DNA of 64,000 nucleotides, taken from NCBI RefSeq assembly GCF_053078305.1, contig NZ_CP166879.1. The stretch is one strand, 5' to 3'. Under the pieces are notes generated by a model that was not told the origin of the DNA, searched no databases, and saw nothing but the letters and a program-made list of their open reading frames with translations. The position numbers were made by a program, and so were the translations under genes. Below, in pieces: positions 27,440 through 37,254 of this stretch. Positions within the stretch are counted from its first letter, which is position 1. Every line of letters starts with the position of its first letter.

Positions 27440-29515
27440 ATGGCCCGAAATCTCAGAGCATCTCTGATAGTTGATTTGCTCGGCAATATCTCAGCCAAAT
27501 CCCGCCAGTGGTCTCAGGAGCTGGGGGCATTCTCACGCTCCGGCCAGGCGGGGCTGGGTGGTCTGGGAAATGCTGCCCGCCGTGCCGGGCAGGAAACAGA
27601 TGTACTCGGAAGCAGGATGCAGCGCACGCTGGCCGGGGTGCGGGGCAGTATCCGCCATGTCACTTCTGATTTTGACCGTCTTCAGGGCAGTATTACCGGC
27701 ACCATCGGGCGGATCAGCAATCTTTACGGAATGCTGGCCGGTGGTGCTGCTGTATATGGCTTTAACCGGGGATTTATTCGCCCGGCAGCGGAGATGGAAA
27801 CCTATATGATTCGCCTGAACTCCCTTTACAAAGGGGATCGGGCGAAAACGGATGATGTCCGCAGGTGGGCAATACAGAATGCGAAGGAAACCACCTGGGG
27901 GCTGGCTGGCGTCATGCAGGAATATACGTCCAGTCTGGGCTTTGGTATGAGTGACAGGGAGGCCCGAAATTTTGTCACCATGCTTCAGGATCAGGGTGCC
28001 GTGGGCGGCTGGTCACTGTCCGATGCACAGGGGGCATCCCTGCAACTGAAACAGATGTATGCAAGAGGCAGTATTCAGGCGGCGGATGCAAATATTCTTG
28101 CCACCTACGGCATTAATGCCTACCGCGTGCTGGCTGATCGTCTGGGTGTGGACCAGAAAGTGGTCAGAAAACTTGGTGAAAAAGGGCTGCTTGGGCCGGA
28201 CAGTATTCGCCTGTTATTTCAGACGCTGGCGGAACAGGCCAGGGGAGCACAAAAGGACGCAATGAATTCCTGGAGTGGCCTGACGGCCATGATGGGTGAC
28301 GTCTGGGACCAGTTTGCCCGGGATGTGATGGACAGTGGGCCATTTGAAAAACTGAAGGGTAATCTCAGGGGATTTCTTTCATGGGTTGACAGTGCCAAAT
28401 CTGATGGCAGTTACCATTCCCTGGCGGAAAGCACGGCATCAGCCATGAACCAGGGCTTTGAGTATGCCCGTGATGCAGTGACAGGGTTTTATCAGGCGAT
28501 CAGAAAGGTACGCGACACGCTTCAGGCTCTGCGGGATGCGGGCTATGGTGATGCGCTGGATCGCATTGGTCAGGGGGCACAGACTGCCGCGAAATACCTG
28601 CTGTACATGTATCTCGCCACCCGTGCCCTGAAAATGGCGCGGGCTGTCGGAACGGGGATTATACGTCCGGGTGCTGCATTGCTGGGATACGGATTATCAG
28701 CGGCGGCCTTCCTGACTTCACCTTTCCGGCGCTCTCCTCCGGCCGGAACACCACCAGGCACATCTCAGGGACGAGGGCAACGTTTTATGAACTTTCTTAC
28801 CGGGGTAAATCCGGCAGCCGTTCAGCCAGTGCTTGTAACAAACTGGCCCGCAGGAGGACTGTCCGGCACCGGCGCGACCGATACATCCTCAGGCGGACGT
28901 CAGGGACGGGGCCGCAGGAAACGCGGACCGGGGCGCGGAAGACCGGTCACGCCTCCCCTGCCACCGTCCCCTGTACCACCGTCGCCCTCTTCTGGTGGGT
29001 CAGGGTTCTGGGGGCGCATGATGGGGCGCGCCGGTGGGTTGCTTTCGTCTGCCGGTAACCGCATGGGACTGGGGCGTTTCTCCGGCTTTTTCCGCAGTGC
29101 CGGTGGACTGGCTGGACGGCTGGGTGGCGGTGCCCTGTGGGCTGGCGCGATGGCAGCCCCGGTTCTGCTGGATGGCAGCGCCAGTATCACAGACAAGGGA
29201 GAAGCGGTCGGCTCTCTTGCAGGCAGTATTGCCGGTGGTGCGCTGGGGGCGGCAGCCGGACCTGTGGGGATTGCCATTGGTTCTACGGTGGGCAGCTATC
29301 TCGGTAACTATCTGGGGGGGTGGCTGACTGAAGCCTGGCAGAAATTACGGGGCAGTGATAATGAAAGCAGTGGACAGGCGGTACAAAAAGCCTCTGCCCG
29401 TGTGGAGCTGGTTGCCCCGGAAGGGTGGCAGGCTCGCAGTATTGATATTGATGACACGTCCGGTCACGGACTGGATGTGAATGTCTGGAACGGAGGGAAT
29501 TATGGCCTCTGGTGA
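27440..29515 (+). CDS. tail tape measure protein
   Basis: 691 aa with Gly/Ala/Pro-rich low-complexity region, typical size and position. Confidence 0.8.
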   Translation: MARNLRASLIVDLLGNISAKSRQWSQELGAFSRSGQAGLGGLGNAARRAGQETDVLGSRMQRTLAGVRGSIRHVTSDFDRLQGSITGTIGRISNLYGMLAGGAAVYGFNRGFIRPAAEMETYMIRLNSLYKGDRAKTDDVRRWAIQNAKETTWGLAGVMQEYTSSLGFGMSDREARNFVTMLQDQGAVGGWSLSDAQGASLQLKQMYARGSIQAADANILATYGINAYRVLADRLGVDQKVVRKLGEKGLLGPDSIRLLFQTLAEQARGAQKDAMNSWSGLTAMMGDVWDQFARDVMDSGPFEKLKGNLRGFLSWVDSAKSDGSYHSLAESTASAMNQGFEYARDAVTGFYQAIRKVRDTLQALRDAGYGDALDRIGQGAQTAAKYLLYMYLATRALKMARAVGTGIIRPGAALLGYGLSAAAFLTSPFRRSPPAGTPPGTSQGRGQRFMNFLTGVNPAAVQPVLVTNWPAGGLSGTGATDTSSGGRQGRGRRKRGPGRGRPVTPPLPPSPVPPSPSSGGSGFWGRMMGRAGGLLSSAGNRMGLGRFSGFFRSAGGLAGRLGGGALWAGAMAAPVLLDGSASITDKGEAVGSLAGSIAGGALGAAAGPVGIAIGSTVGSYLGNYLGGWLTEAWQKLRGSDNESSGQAVQKASARVELVAPEGWQARSIDIDDTSGHGLDVNVWNGGNYGLW

Positions 29516-30851
29516 CGGTCGTGGTGCGTTCCGTGGTGTGCCGTTCCTCGTCTGGCGTGAGCAGCGCGAACGTGGCGGGCGAAACATTGTCCGTCGGGAA
29601 TATCCGTTACGGGAAACCGGTGGAGCAGACGATCTGGGACCTAAACTGGCTGAATTTACGTTCAGTGTACTTGTGATGGGGGATGATGTTCAGACGCAGC
29701 GAAATCGTCTGCGTGATGCCCTTCGTGCTCCCGGTGCCGGGGAGCTGCTTCACCCGGATTACGGCACGTTAAATGTGCTGATAAACAGCTTTGAAAGTCG
29801 TTATAACGCCGCTGAACAGGGCGTGGTTGAGTTCACCATTAATGTCACGCCGGTAAGTGATGATACCGCACCTGCTGTCACACAGGACACGGCCGCCATT
29901 CTGGAGCAGAAGAGTACCACCGCGCTCGGGCAGGTTTTTGAAACCCTGGAAGCGGGCTGGACGGTGATTTCTGACGGAATGCACGATGTCCAGGCAATGA
30001 CCGAAACCATCAGCGATAAGGTGTCCGCCCTGGAAAATGCCGTTTCCGGCATGGGGATTGTGCAGGATATCAGTGCCTTTACTGCCACGTTCACGGCGCT
30101 GAAAGGGAATGCCACGGCATTACTGACAGCACCTTCCCGCATGGCCTCATCTTTTGCGGGGCTTTTCAGTGCCCTGATCACCCTGCCATCGCTGCCGTCA
30201 CTGTCTTCAGGAGGCCTGAATACCCGGCCCGGTGGCAGTATCGGCCGGACGACATCCGCCGTCTATCAGGGAATGCCGCAACTGTACAGGACATTATCTT
30301 CCCTGCGTTACGTGCTGGATGAGCAGGATAATCCGCAGACTCTCATCGGTCTGACACCGGCAGCACAAAAGAATATTCGTCTGATACGGGCGGTAATGCA
30401 GAGTGCTGCCGTGGTGGCCCAGGCACAGACCGTGGGAAAACTGCTGGATCAGGTTCTCAGTCAGGAAACCCTGCCGGATAGTGACGCAGCCCACCGTACC
30501 TGGCCTGTCTGGCTGGAAAGTTCAGTCGATCTTCAGCGCATTAACCGTGACTTAAGCGAAGCGCTCGAACGGCAGGTGATGACACTGTCCGGGCAGGGGT
30601 ATACCGCCACGGCGCTGACGCTTCGTGATGCCAGACTGGCACTGACAGAGGATCTGAATACACGGGGAGTTCAGCTACCCGGTGCAACAGTAGTGACTGT
30701 ACGTACCACCGAGCCTGCACTGGTGACCCTGTACCGTGCCACCGGGAACAGTACCGGCTGGCAACGTTTTGTGCGCCGTAACGGTATTGTTGATCCGCTG
30801 TTCATTCCCGGAGGCCATTCAGTGGAGGTGATTAGTGAGCAGCAGGGTTGA
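29481..30851 (+). CDS. DNA circularisation protein (Mu N-like)
   Basis: 456 aa ORF following the tape measure. Confidence 0.7.
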   Translation: MSGTEGIMASGDGRGAFRGVPFLVWREQRERGGRNIVRREYPLRETGGADDLGPKLAEFTFSVLVMGDDVQTQRNRLRDALRAPGAGELLHPDYGTLNVLINSFESRYNAAEQGVVEFTINVTPVSDDTAPAVTQDTAAILEQKSTTALGQVFETLEAGWTVISDGMHDVQAMTETISDKVSALENAVSGMGIVQDISAFTATFTALKGNATALLTAPSRMASSFAGLFSALITLPSLPSLSSGGLNTRPGGSIGRTTSAVYQGMPQLYRTLSSLRYVLDEQDNPQTLIGLTPAAQKNIRLIRAVMQSAAVVAQAQTVGKLLDQVLSQETLPDSDAAHRTWPVWLESSVDLQRINRDLSEALERQVMTLSGQGYTATALTLRDARLALTEDLNTRGVQLPGATVVTVRTTEPALVTLYRATGNSTGWQRFVRRNGIVDPLFIPGGHSVEVISEQQG

Positions 30852-31968
30852 ACTGTATCTGGGCGGTGAGATTTTTTCCGGCTGGCTGACGGTGAGTGTT
30901 CGTCGCTCTCTTGAACATCTGGCGGGCTCCTTTGAACTGGGGGTAATGATGCCCGGTGTACGCCTTCCGTCATCCGTCCGTGCCGGTCAGTCTCTGGAAT
31001 TGCGCATTGACGGTCAGCCTGTGATCACCGGCTGGCTGGATCAGGTCCGGCAGCGCATCAGCGCCACGCGTTTTCAGATCACGCTCAGCGGACGGGATAA
31101 AACCGGTGACCTGGTGGACTGTTCAGCCATTCATCCGGGCAGCCAGTGGAGGAACCGTACGCTGGAGCACATTGCTTCAGATTTGTGTGCTCCGTTCGGG
31201 GTCACGGTGCGCTGGCAGGTAAATGATGCAACGGCAGCCCGGCCCTTTTCCACCTTCACACTGGAAAACTCAGAAACCGTGGCAGATGCGCTGACACGGG
31301 CCGCGAGACACAGAGGCGTCCTGGTAACCAGTAATGCCGCCGGTGAACTGGTTTTCACTCAGGCCGGCAGTCAGCGTGGCGACACGCTGACGCTGGGCGA
31401 AAATCTGCTGGATTTGGATCACAACGTGGATCACCGTCTGCGCCACAGTGAATACCGTGTACGGGGGCACGGGCGTGGTGGTGGTCATGCCGGGGATGCA
31501 CTGACAGCCGGAACGCTGGCCGCACCCGTTGGTACGGTGACAGACAGTGCCATCCACCGTTACAGACCGAAAATTGTGCTGGCGGATCATGCTGTTGATG
31601 CAGACGGTGCACGCCAGAGGGCTGTCCGGGAAATGCGCCGGGCGGTTGCCCGCTCTGTGCGCCTGACAGCCACCGTGCGGCACTGGTTTCGGGAGAACGG
31701 CCAGTTGTGGGATATCAACCTGCTGACGGCTGTCACGGCTCCCCGCACCGGAGTGGAAGAGCGTGATCTTCTTGTCTGTCAGGTGGAGTTTTCGCTGGAT
31801 GCAAATCACGGCGAAACCACCCGTCTGATTCTGGCACCCCGTGACGGCTTTATTGTTCCGGCAGAGCCGGACAGCCGGGGAAACAGCGGAAGCGGAAATG
31901 CGGGTGATGTGGACGCCTTCGTGCGGGCACAGATGAAAAAACAGGGGATTAAATTCAATGATGAATGA
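30835..31968 (+). CDS. tail/baseplate hub protein (Mu P-like)
   Basis: 377 aa ORF in conserved order. Confidence 0.7.
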   Translation: MSSRVELYLGGEIFSGWLTVSVRRSLEHLAGSFELGVMMPGVRLPSSVRAGQSLELRIDGQPVITGWLDQVRQRISATRFQITLSGRDKTGDLVDCSAIHPGSQWRNRTLEHIASDLCAPFGVTVRWQVNDATAARPFSTFTLENSETVADALTRAARHRGVLVTSNAAGELVFTQAGSQRGDTLTLGENLLDLDHNVDHRLRHSEYRVRGHGRGGGHAGDALTAGTLAAPVGTVTDSAIHRYRPKIVLADHAVDADGARQRAVREMRRAVARSVRLTATVRHWFRENGQLWDINLLTAVTAPRTGVEERDLLVCQVEFSLDANHGETTRLILAPRDGFIVPAEPDSRGNSGSGNAGDVDAFVRAQMKKQGIKFNDE

Positions 31969-32572
31969 CGAAGTCATCAGCCGCCTTCTGGCCCCCGTGA
32001 TGCGGGGTGTTCGTCTGCTGTTCGGGCGTGGTGTACTGACCGGCACAACGGACACGCTGAAAATCCAGAATGTGCAAATCACCGGTATGGATGGTGAAAC
32101 CTTTGATGACGTTGAGCGCCCCCAGCAGTACGGGCAAATCAGCGTCCCCCTGCCTGGTGCGGAAGTTTTTCTGGCCTGTGCTGGTGGACAACGGGATCAG
32201 GCCGTGGTGCTTGTGGTGGAAGACCGCCGCAGTCGCCCGACCGGACTTACCGCCGGAGATACCGGCGTGTATCACCATGAGGGGCACCGTATACGTCTGA
32301 CAAAGAACGGCCGGATCATTGTGACCTGTAAGACGCTGGAGATTTACGCCGATGAAGGAGTTCAGGTGGATACACCGGAGGCTCACTTTACCGGTAATGT
32401 CACAGTGGATAAGAACCTGCATGTCAAAGGCAATGTGTCCATTGACGGCACCGGAAGATCACAGGGGACGTTCACGATGTCCGAAGCGGTTATTGCCGGG
32501 ATCACCTATTCAGGTCATGTGCATCACGATAACGGTGAAGGCAGCAAAACGGGAGGACCAGAGAATGGCTGA
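31958..32572 (+). CDS. baseplate assembly protein V-like (spike)
   Basis: 204 aa ORF. Confidence 0.65.
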   Translation: MMNDEVISRLLAPVMRGVRLLFGRGVLTGTTDTLKIQNVQITGMDGETFDDVERPQQYGQISVPLPGAEVFLACAGGQRDQAVVLVVEDRRSRPTGLTAGDTGVYHHEGHRIRLTKNGRIIVTCKTLEIYADEGVQVDTPEAHFTGNVTVDKNLHVKGNVSIDGTGRSQGTFTMSEAVIAGITYSGHVHHDNGEGSKTGGPENG

Positions 32573-33002
32573 TATTGCTGTCGTCTGGGATCAGGGTTGT
32601 GGTTCCCTGCAACTGAACGGCGCAGATCTTCTGACGGATAACAGCCTGCTGACTGCGGTCATTATTTCACTGTTTACGGACAGGCGGGCGCTGGATTCCG
32701 ATGAAATCCCTGACGGCACCCGTGACCGTCGGGGATGGTGGGGAGACAGTTTCCGGGAGCGCCCCATTGGCTCCCGTCTCTGGCTGTTAAGCCGTGAAAA
32801 GACGCTGTCCTCCGTGGTCAGCCGTGCACAGGCCTATGCTGATGAAGCGCTGGCGTGGCTGCATAAAAGCGGTGCTGCCACATCCGTGGTATGTCATGCC
32901 ATGCGTGTGGGGCATGATCGCCTTTCGCTTTCCGTGAAAATCACCCTGCCGGACGGAAGCAGACATCCGATGATTTTTTATGCTGATATGAAGGGGGAAT
33001 GA
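32565..33002 (+). CDS. baseplate protein (Mu gp46-like)
   Basis: Start taken at the ATG at 32565 (MADIAVVWDQ…); the longer ORF-track start lies inside the previous gene. Confidence 0.6.
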   Translation: MADIAVVWDQGCGSLQLNGADLLTDNSLLTAVIISLFTDRRALDSDEIPDGTRDRRGWWGDSFRERPIGSRLWLLSREKTLSSVVSRAQAYADEALAWLHKSGAATSVVCHAMRVGHDRLSLSVKITLPDGSRHPMIFYADMKGE

Positions 33003-34084
33003 TGCCTTATCAGCCCTTACCACTGGCGCAACTGATCACACAGACACAACAGGATATCAGCCAGCGCCTGCCCGGTTCGCAGCCGGGCGTGAATGAAACC
33101 ACCCTGAATGCCATTGCGTATGCACTGGCGGGTCTGTCAGCACAGGAGCATGAACATCTGGCCTGGATCTCCCGGCAGATAATTCCGACAGAAGCTGATG
33201 AAGCCGAACTCCTGAAACACTGCGCATTCTGGGGTGTCATCCGTAAACCGGCTTCCCGCGCTGACGGACCGGTACAACTGATGCTGACCACGGATGCAGG
33301 GATCACGGAAGGCGTACTCCTTCAGCGAAGCGATGGTGTTGTGTACCGCATCACCGGCTCTGCGACCGGAAAAGCCGGAACACTGAATGTTAATGTGGAG
33401 GCGGAAAGTGCGGGGCGCGCTGGAAATACCCCGACCGGAACCCGCCTGTCCTTTATCACGCCACAGGCGGGCATCAACCAGACAGCCACGGTCACCGGCA
33501 CGGGACTCACCGGTGGTGCGGATGTGGAAACGGTGCCGGAGTTGCTGTCCAGGCTGGTATTCCGGGTACAGAACCCGCCATCAGGGGGAACACAGTATGA
33601 TTTTGAACGCTGGGCACGGGAAGTACCGGGCGTGACGCGGGCATGGTGTAAGCCTGAATGGCCTGAGGCGGGTAGTGTTGGTGTGACTTTTGTTCAGGAT
33701 AATAACCCTGACATTTTCCCCGGAGAAGGTGATGTGAAGCGGGTGGCGGATTATATCCGCAGTCATGATGATCCGGCGACGGGCCAGCCCGTTGGTCAGC
33801 CACTTGGGCCGACAATCAGCGTGTTTAAGCTGACCAATAAGTCGGTGGCGTTTGAGATCAGGATTGTACCCAAAACGCCGGAAAATCAGGCTGCCGTAAA
33901 ACAGGCATTAACGGACCTGCTTTATAACGAATCGCGGCCGGGTGGACTTGTATTGCCTTCATCATTCTGGCGGGCTGTTGCAGGGGTGAAAGGACTGGAG
34001 GATTTTGAAGTTCGCAGTCCGCTGAAGTCCGTGATGGCCGGAGATACAGAGTTGCTGACCGTGGGGGAAATCACATGGCTGTAA
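32999..34084 (+). CDS. baseplate J-like protein (Mu gp47-like)
   Basis: 361 aa ORF. Confidence 0.7.
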   Translation: MMPYQPLPLAQLITQTQQDISQRLPGSQPGVNETTLNAIAYALAGLSAQEHEHLAWISRQIIPTEADEAELLKHCAFWGVIRKPASRADGPVQLMLTTDAGITEGVLLQRSDGVVYRITGSATGKAGTLNVNVEAESAGRAGNTPTGTRLSFITPQAGINQTATVTGTGLTGGADVETVPELLSRLVFRVQNPPSGGTQYDFERWAREVPGVTRAWCKPEWPEAGSVGVTFVQDNNPDIFPGEGDVKRVADYIRSHDDPATGQPVGQPLGPTISVFKLTNKSVAFEIRIVPKTPENQAAVKQALTDLLYNESRPGGLVLPSSFWRAVAGVKGLEDFEVRSPLKSVMAGDTELLTVGEITWL

Positions 34085-34632
34085 CCCTGACCCCGCATCA
34101 GCGCGCCCTGTTGCAGTTGCTGCCTGACGGGCTGGCATGGGATAAGCGGCCGTCATCCGTTCTTGCAGCTTTGTGCCTGGGCCTCAGTCATTCCACGGAG
34201 CGTGTTTCCTGGACCGGTAACCAGATGCTGGCAGAACGTTTTCCTGATTCATCCCGTCTGCTGCTGGAAGACTGGGAGCGTTATCTGGGGTTGCCGGAAT
34301 GTGATATGACCGGCGCAACCATTCAGGAACGTCAGCGTTATGCCGGGAATAAATACCGGATGAAACCCTCTCTTAACCGTGAATTTTATATCCGGTTTGC
34401 GGCTGAGTTTGGTTATGAAATAGATATCCAGCCATCACCGGAATCACAATGGATCAGTATTGTGACAGTGAAGACGGCGGTGGGATACCGTCACATGAAT
34501 GTACTGGACGATATTCTTACACCACTGCGAATTTATGATGCAAGTGCGCTGGAGTGCATTTTAAACCGTTATAAGCCAGCCTGGCAGACGTTTTTATATC
34601 TGTACGAAAACAGTCATGAGGAGACGGAGTAA
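34075..34632 (+). CDS. tail protein (Mu gp48-like)
   Basis: 185 aa ORF directly upstream of the tail fibre. Confidence 0.6.
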   Translation: MAVTLTPHQRALLQLLPDGLAWDKRPSSVLAALCLGLSHSTERVSWTGNQMLAERFPDSSRLLLEDWERYLGLPECDMTGATIQERQRYAGNKYRMKPSLNREFYIRFAAEFGYEIDIQPSPESQWISIVTVKTAVGYRHMNVLDDILTPLRIYDASALECILNRYKPAWQTFLYLYENSHEETE

Positions 34633-35543
34633 TGTATTTTGTCGACAACAATTCAGGTGTGACCGATATGCCACCACTGGCCCCCTCTCAGGGTACGCAG
34701 GTTAAATGGTTTACTGAAGGTGACGGACGCAAAGGGATCAGCCATATCGGTCAGGACTGGCTGAACATCGTGCAGGCAGAGCTGCTTGCCATTCTGACAG
34801 AAGGAAAGGTTCAGCCGGATAAGGCAAAACTGAACCAGCTGGTGACAGCCATTAAGGCAATCATTGCAGCAAACGCATACAGCCGGAAAAACAACCTTAA
34901 GGAGATTGCGGATGCAGGTGCAGAAGCACAGGCTGCTGCCCGCCGTCATCTGGGGCTGGGAGGATTATCAGGAAAAGACAGTCTGGCTGCTGCTGATGTG
35001 GGAGCACTGGAGAAATCCCGGAATTTTGACGATGTACCGGATAAACCGACGGCCCGCCTGAATCTTGATGTTTACAGTAAGGGAGAAGGCGATGAGCGTT
35101 ATCTGCGCAGGGACCAGAATGGCGCGGATATCCCGGACAAAGGAACCTTTATCGATAACCTCGGTTTACGGGAAACGGTAAATAAGGCTGCTGATGCCCT
35201 GCCATCGGGTGGAACCGCCGTGGCAGCGAATAAACTCGCCACCCCAGTAAATATTAATGGCGTTCCTTTCGACGGAACGCAGGATATCAACATCACGTCA
35301 GGAATGACGCAGTCAACCGCAGATGGCCGGTATGTACAGAATGTTCAGCTTGGAGCACAGAGCTATCATTCACCCGGAGGCAATGAAATGTCATGGAATT
35401 ACAGCGCACCTTCCGGTTGTATGCTTTCCGGTATTAACGTGCAGGAAACCGGCTCCCGGTCTGCGGACAATATCGGTGGGGTCTATTATCGCCCGGTTCA
35501 GATTTATATTAATAATGCCTGGAGAACGGTAAGTTCAGTGTAA
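34632..35543 (+). CDS. tail fibre protein (constant part plus current variable C-terminus)
   Basis: 303 aa; its 3' third overlaps the left inverted repeat of the invertible segment, and its C-terminal ~75 aa are homologous to the inverted fragment at 36179-36400. Confidence 0.75.
   Translation: MYFVDNNSGVTDMPPLAPSQGTQVKWFTEGDGRKGISHIGQDWLNIVQAELLAILTEGKVQPDKAKLNQLVTAIKAIIAANAYSRKNNLKEIADAGAEAQAAARRHLGLGGLSGKDSLAAADVGALEKSRNFDDVPDKPTARLNLDVYSKGEGDERYLRRDQNGADIPDKGTFIDNLGLRETVNKAADALPSGGTAVAANKLATPVNINGVPFDGTQDINITSGMTQSTADGRYVQNVQLGAQSYHSPGGNEMSWNYSAPSGCMLSGINVQETGSRSADNIGGVYYRPVQIYINNAWRTVSSV
35157..35300. repeat. left inverted repeat of tail-fibre invertible segment
   Basis: Perfect 144 bp inverted copy of 36399-36542, checked base by base. 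Confidence 0.85.
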
Positions 35544-35577
35544 ACCACAGAAAAGGGTGCTGAATGCACCCTCTGAA

Positions 35578-36099
35578 TTATTCCGGTTTTTCCGGCCAGG
35601 GAATCGCCTGGTAATGCCCCTCACTGGCAATATCATTAAAGTGCATTTCTTTAAGCTGTCGGATATACGCCATCCAGCGCGTCAGCTGTAATTTATTTTC
35701 ATCGCTAATCATGTCCAGTTTTAATTCCGTTTTCCAGTCATCCACAGTTTCGTTGGCTTCCTGGAGCAGCGATGAGCGGCGCTTTTCAGCAACCGTCTTC
35801 CAGTTTACCGGCACCTTTGATATCAGGCCATCAGAAAACTGCCAGTTACCGTCAATATCCACACCTTCCGGCAGTTCGTCCACTTCAACAACAGTAAAAC
35901 CTGCCGGATATAAAGCAGAGACATCTTCAGCAACAGAGCAGATAATACCCGTTACAGGCGAAATACAGAGTTTGTATTTCTTTGTGAAAAGCGGGAGAGA
36001 TTCATAAAAATCCCTTCCGTCCTCACTCTGGAAATACTGAACATCCTCACCATAGGGTTTGTGTTCCGGGTAATATCGTTTTACGTTAATAAGCTCCAT
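35578..36099 (-). CDS. tail fibre assembly chaperone (U'-like)
   Basis: 173 aa from the ATG at 36099 with AGGTG SD; C-terminal …ISDENKLQLTRWMAYIRQL…PWPEKPE matches the Tfa/U family. Confidence 0.75.
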   Translation of the reverse strand: MELINVKRYYPEHKPYGEDVQYFQSEDGRDFYESLPLFTKKYKLCISPVTGIICSVAEDVSALYPAGFTVVEVDELPEGVDIDGNWQFSDGLISKVPVNWKTVAEKRRSSLLQEANETVDDWKTELKLDMISDENKLQLTRWMAYIRQLKEMHFNDIASEGHYQAIPWPEKPE

Positions 36100-36178
36100 T
36101 ATTTCACCTTGTTTTTGTTGAAAAGACAAAATCATCATATATTTATTCAGATAATCTGTTTTTTGAACTACTGCACTT

Positions 36179-36542
36179 TTATGCGCTGGAAGCTGTTTTC
36201 CACGAACCATTTATCAGAAACTGAACAGGGCGATAATATGCGGTTACCGTTGCATTACCATCACCAGCGACATCAAGCCCTGTAAGTACGCATCCGTCAG
36301 GAACTTCAAAAATATTATATTGCATTCCAATCGTTGACCTTGAACCTCTTCGAATGCTTTGAACATAACGTGAGTCAGCCACAGACTGCGTCATCCCCGA
36401 TGTAATATTGATATCCTGCGTTCCGTCGAAAGGAACGCCATTAATATTTACTGGGGTGGCGAGTTTATTCGCTGCCACGGCGGTTCCACCCGATGGCAGG
36501 GCATCAGCAGCCTTATTTACCGTTTCCCGTAAACCGAGGTTT
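36179..36542 (-). other. alternative tail-fibre variable C-terminal segment (promoterless, usable after inversion)
   Basis: Reverse-strand coding segment homologous to the C-terminus of 34632-35543 (AANKLATPVNINGVPFDGTQDINITSGMTQS…YYRPVQ…), ending at the stop at 36179. Confidence 0.65.
36399..36542. repeat. right inverted repeat of tail-fibre invertible segment
   Basis: Perfect reverse complement of 35157-35300. Confidence 0.85.
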
Positions 36543-36603
36543 CAGGGATGTCGTATATCTGCTTTAAAAGGCATTTTCACCTCTTTTTAAGGAAGGTAAA
36601 TAC

Positions 36604-37164
36604 ATGCTGATTGGCTATATACGCGTATCAACAAATGACCAGAACACAGGTTTACAAAGAAATGCGCTGGAATGTGCAGGATGTAAGCTGATTTTTGAAG
36701 ATAAAATGAGCGGAAAAACAACGCAGCGGCCGGGACTGAAGCGGGCACTGAAGAAACTAAAACCCGGTGACACGCTGATGGTCTGGAAACTGGACAGGCT
36801 GGGGCGCAGTATGCGCCACCTTGTTGCGCTGACAGATGAATTACAGCAACAGGGGATAAATTTTCGTAGTCTTACTGACAACATTGATACGTCAACCCCC
36901 ATGGGGCGCTTCTTTTTTCACATAATGGGTGCGCTGGCAGAAATGGAGCGTGAATTGATTGTCGAACGGACACGGGCTGGTCTTGCAGCTGCCCGTGAAA
37001 GGGGACGAACCGGTGGCAGACCCCGTCGTCTCACGCAGGAACAATACGAGCAGGTCGGGCGTTTACTGGCCGGGGGTGTCAGCCGAAGACAGGTGGCACT
37101 TATTTTTGATATCGGCCTTTCAACCCTTTATCGTTATTATCCTGCAAGCATTTCGGAAAAATAA
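36604..37164 (+). CDS. gin: Gin/Hin/Pin-family serine DNA invertase
   Basis: 186 aa starting MLIGYIRVSTNDQ… with resolvase catalytic domain and C-terminal HTH, adjacent to the inverted repeats. Confidence 0.9.
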   Translation: MLIGYIRVSTNDQNTGLQRNALECAGCKLIFEDKMSGKTTQRPGLKRALKKLKPGDTLMVWKLDRLGRSMRHLVALTDELQQQGINFRSLTDNIDTSTPMGRFFFHIMGALAEMERELIVERTRAGLAAARERGRTGGRPRRLTQEQYEQVGRLLAGGVSRRQVALIFDIGLSTLYRYYPASISEK

Positions 37165-37254
37165 GACGCTCCCTTTGTTGGGCCTTTACTGAATTAACGC
37201 AAAATGGCGTTTATCGGTCTGTGGATATGATAATTCTGTTTATTCAGGAACAGG

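Noticed and set aside
31270-32082. 270 aa minus-strand ORF
   Set aside because: Antisense to tail genes P and V-like within a uniformly plus-strand late operon; likely a GC-rich chance ORF.
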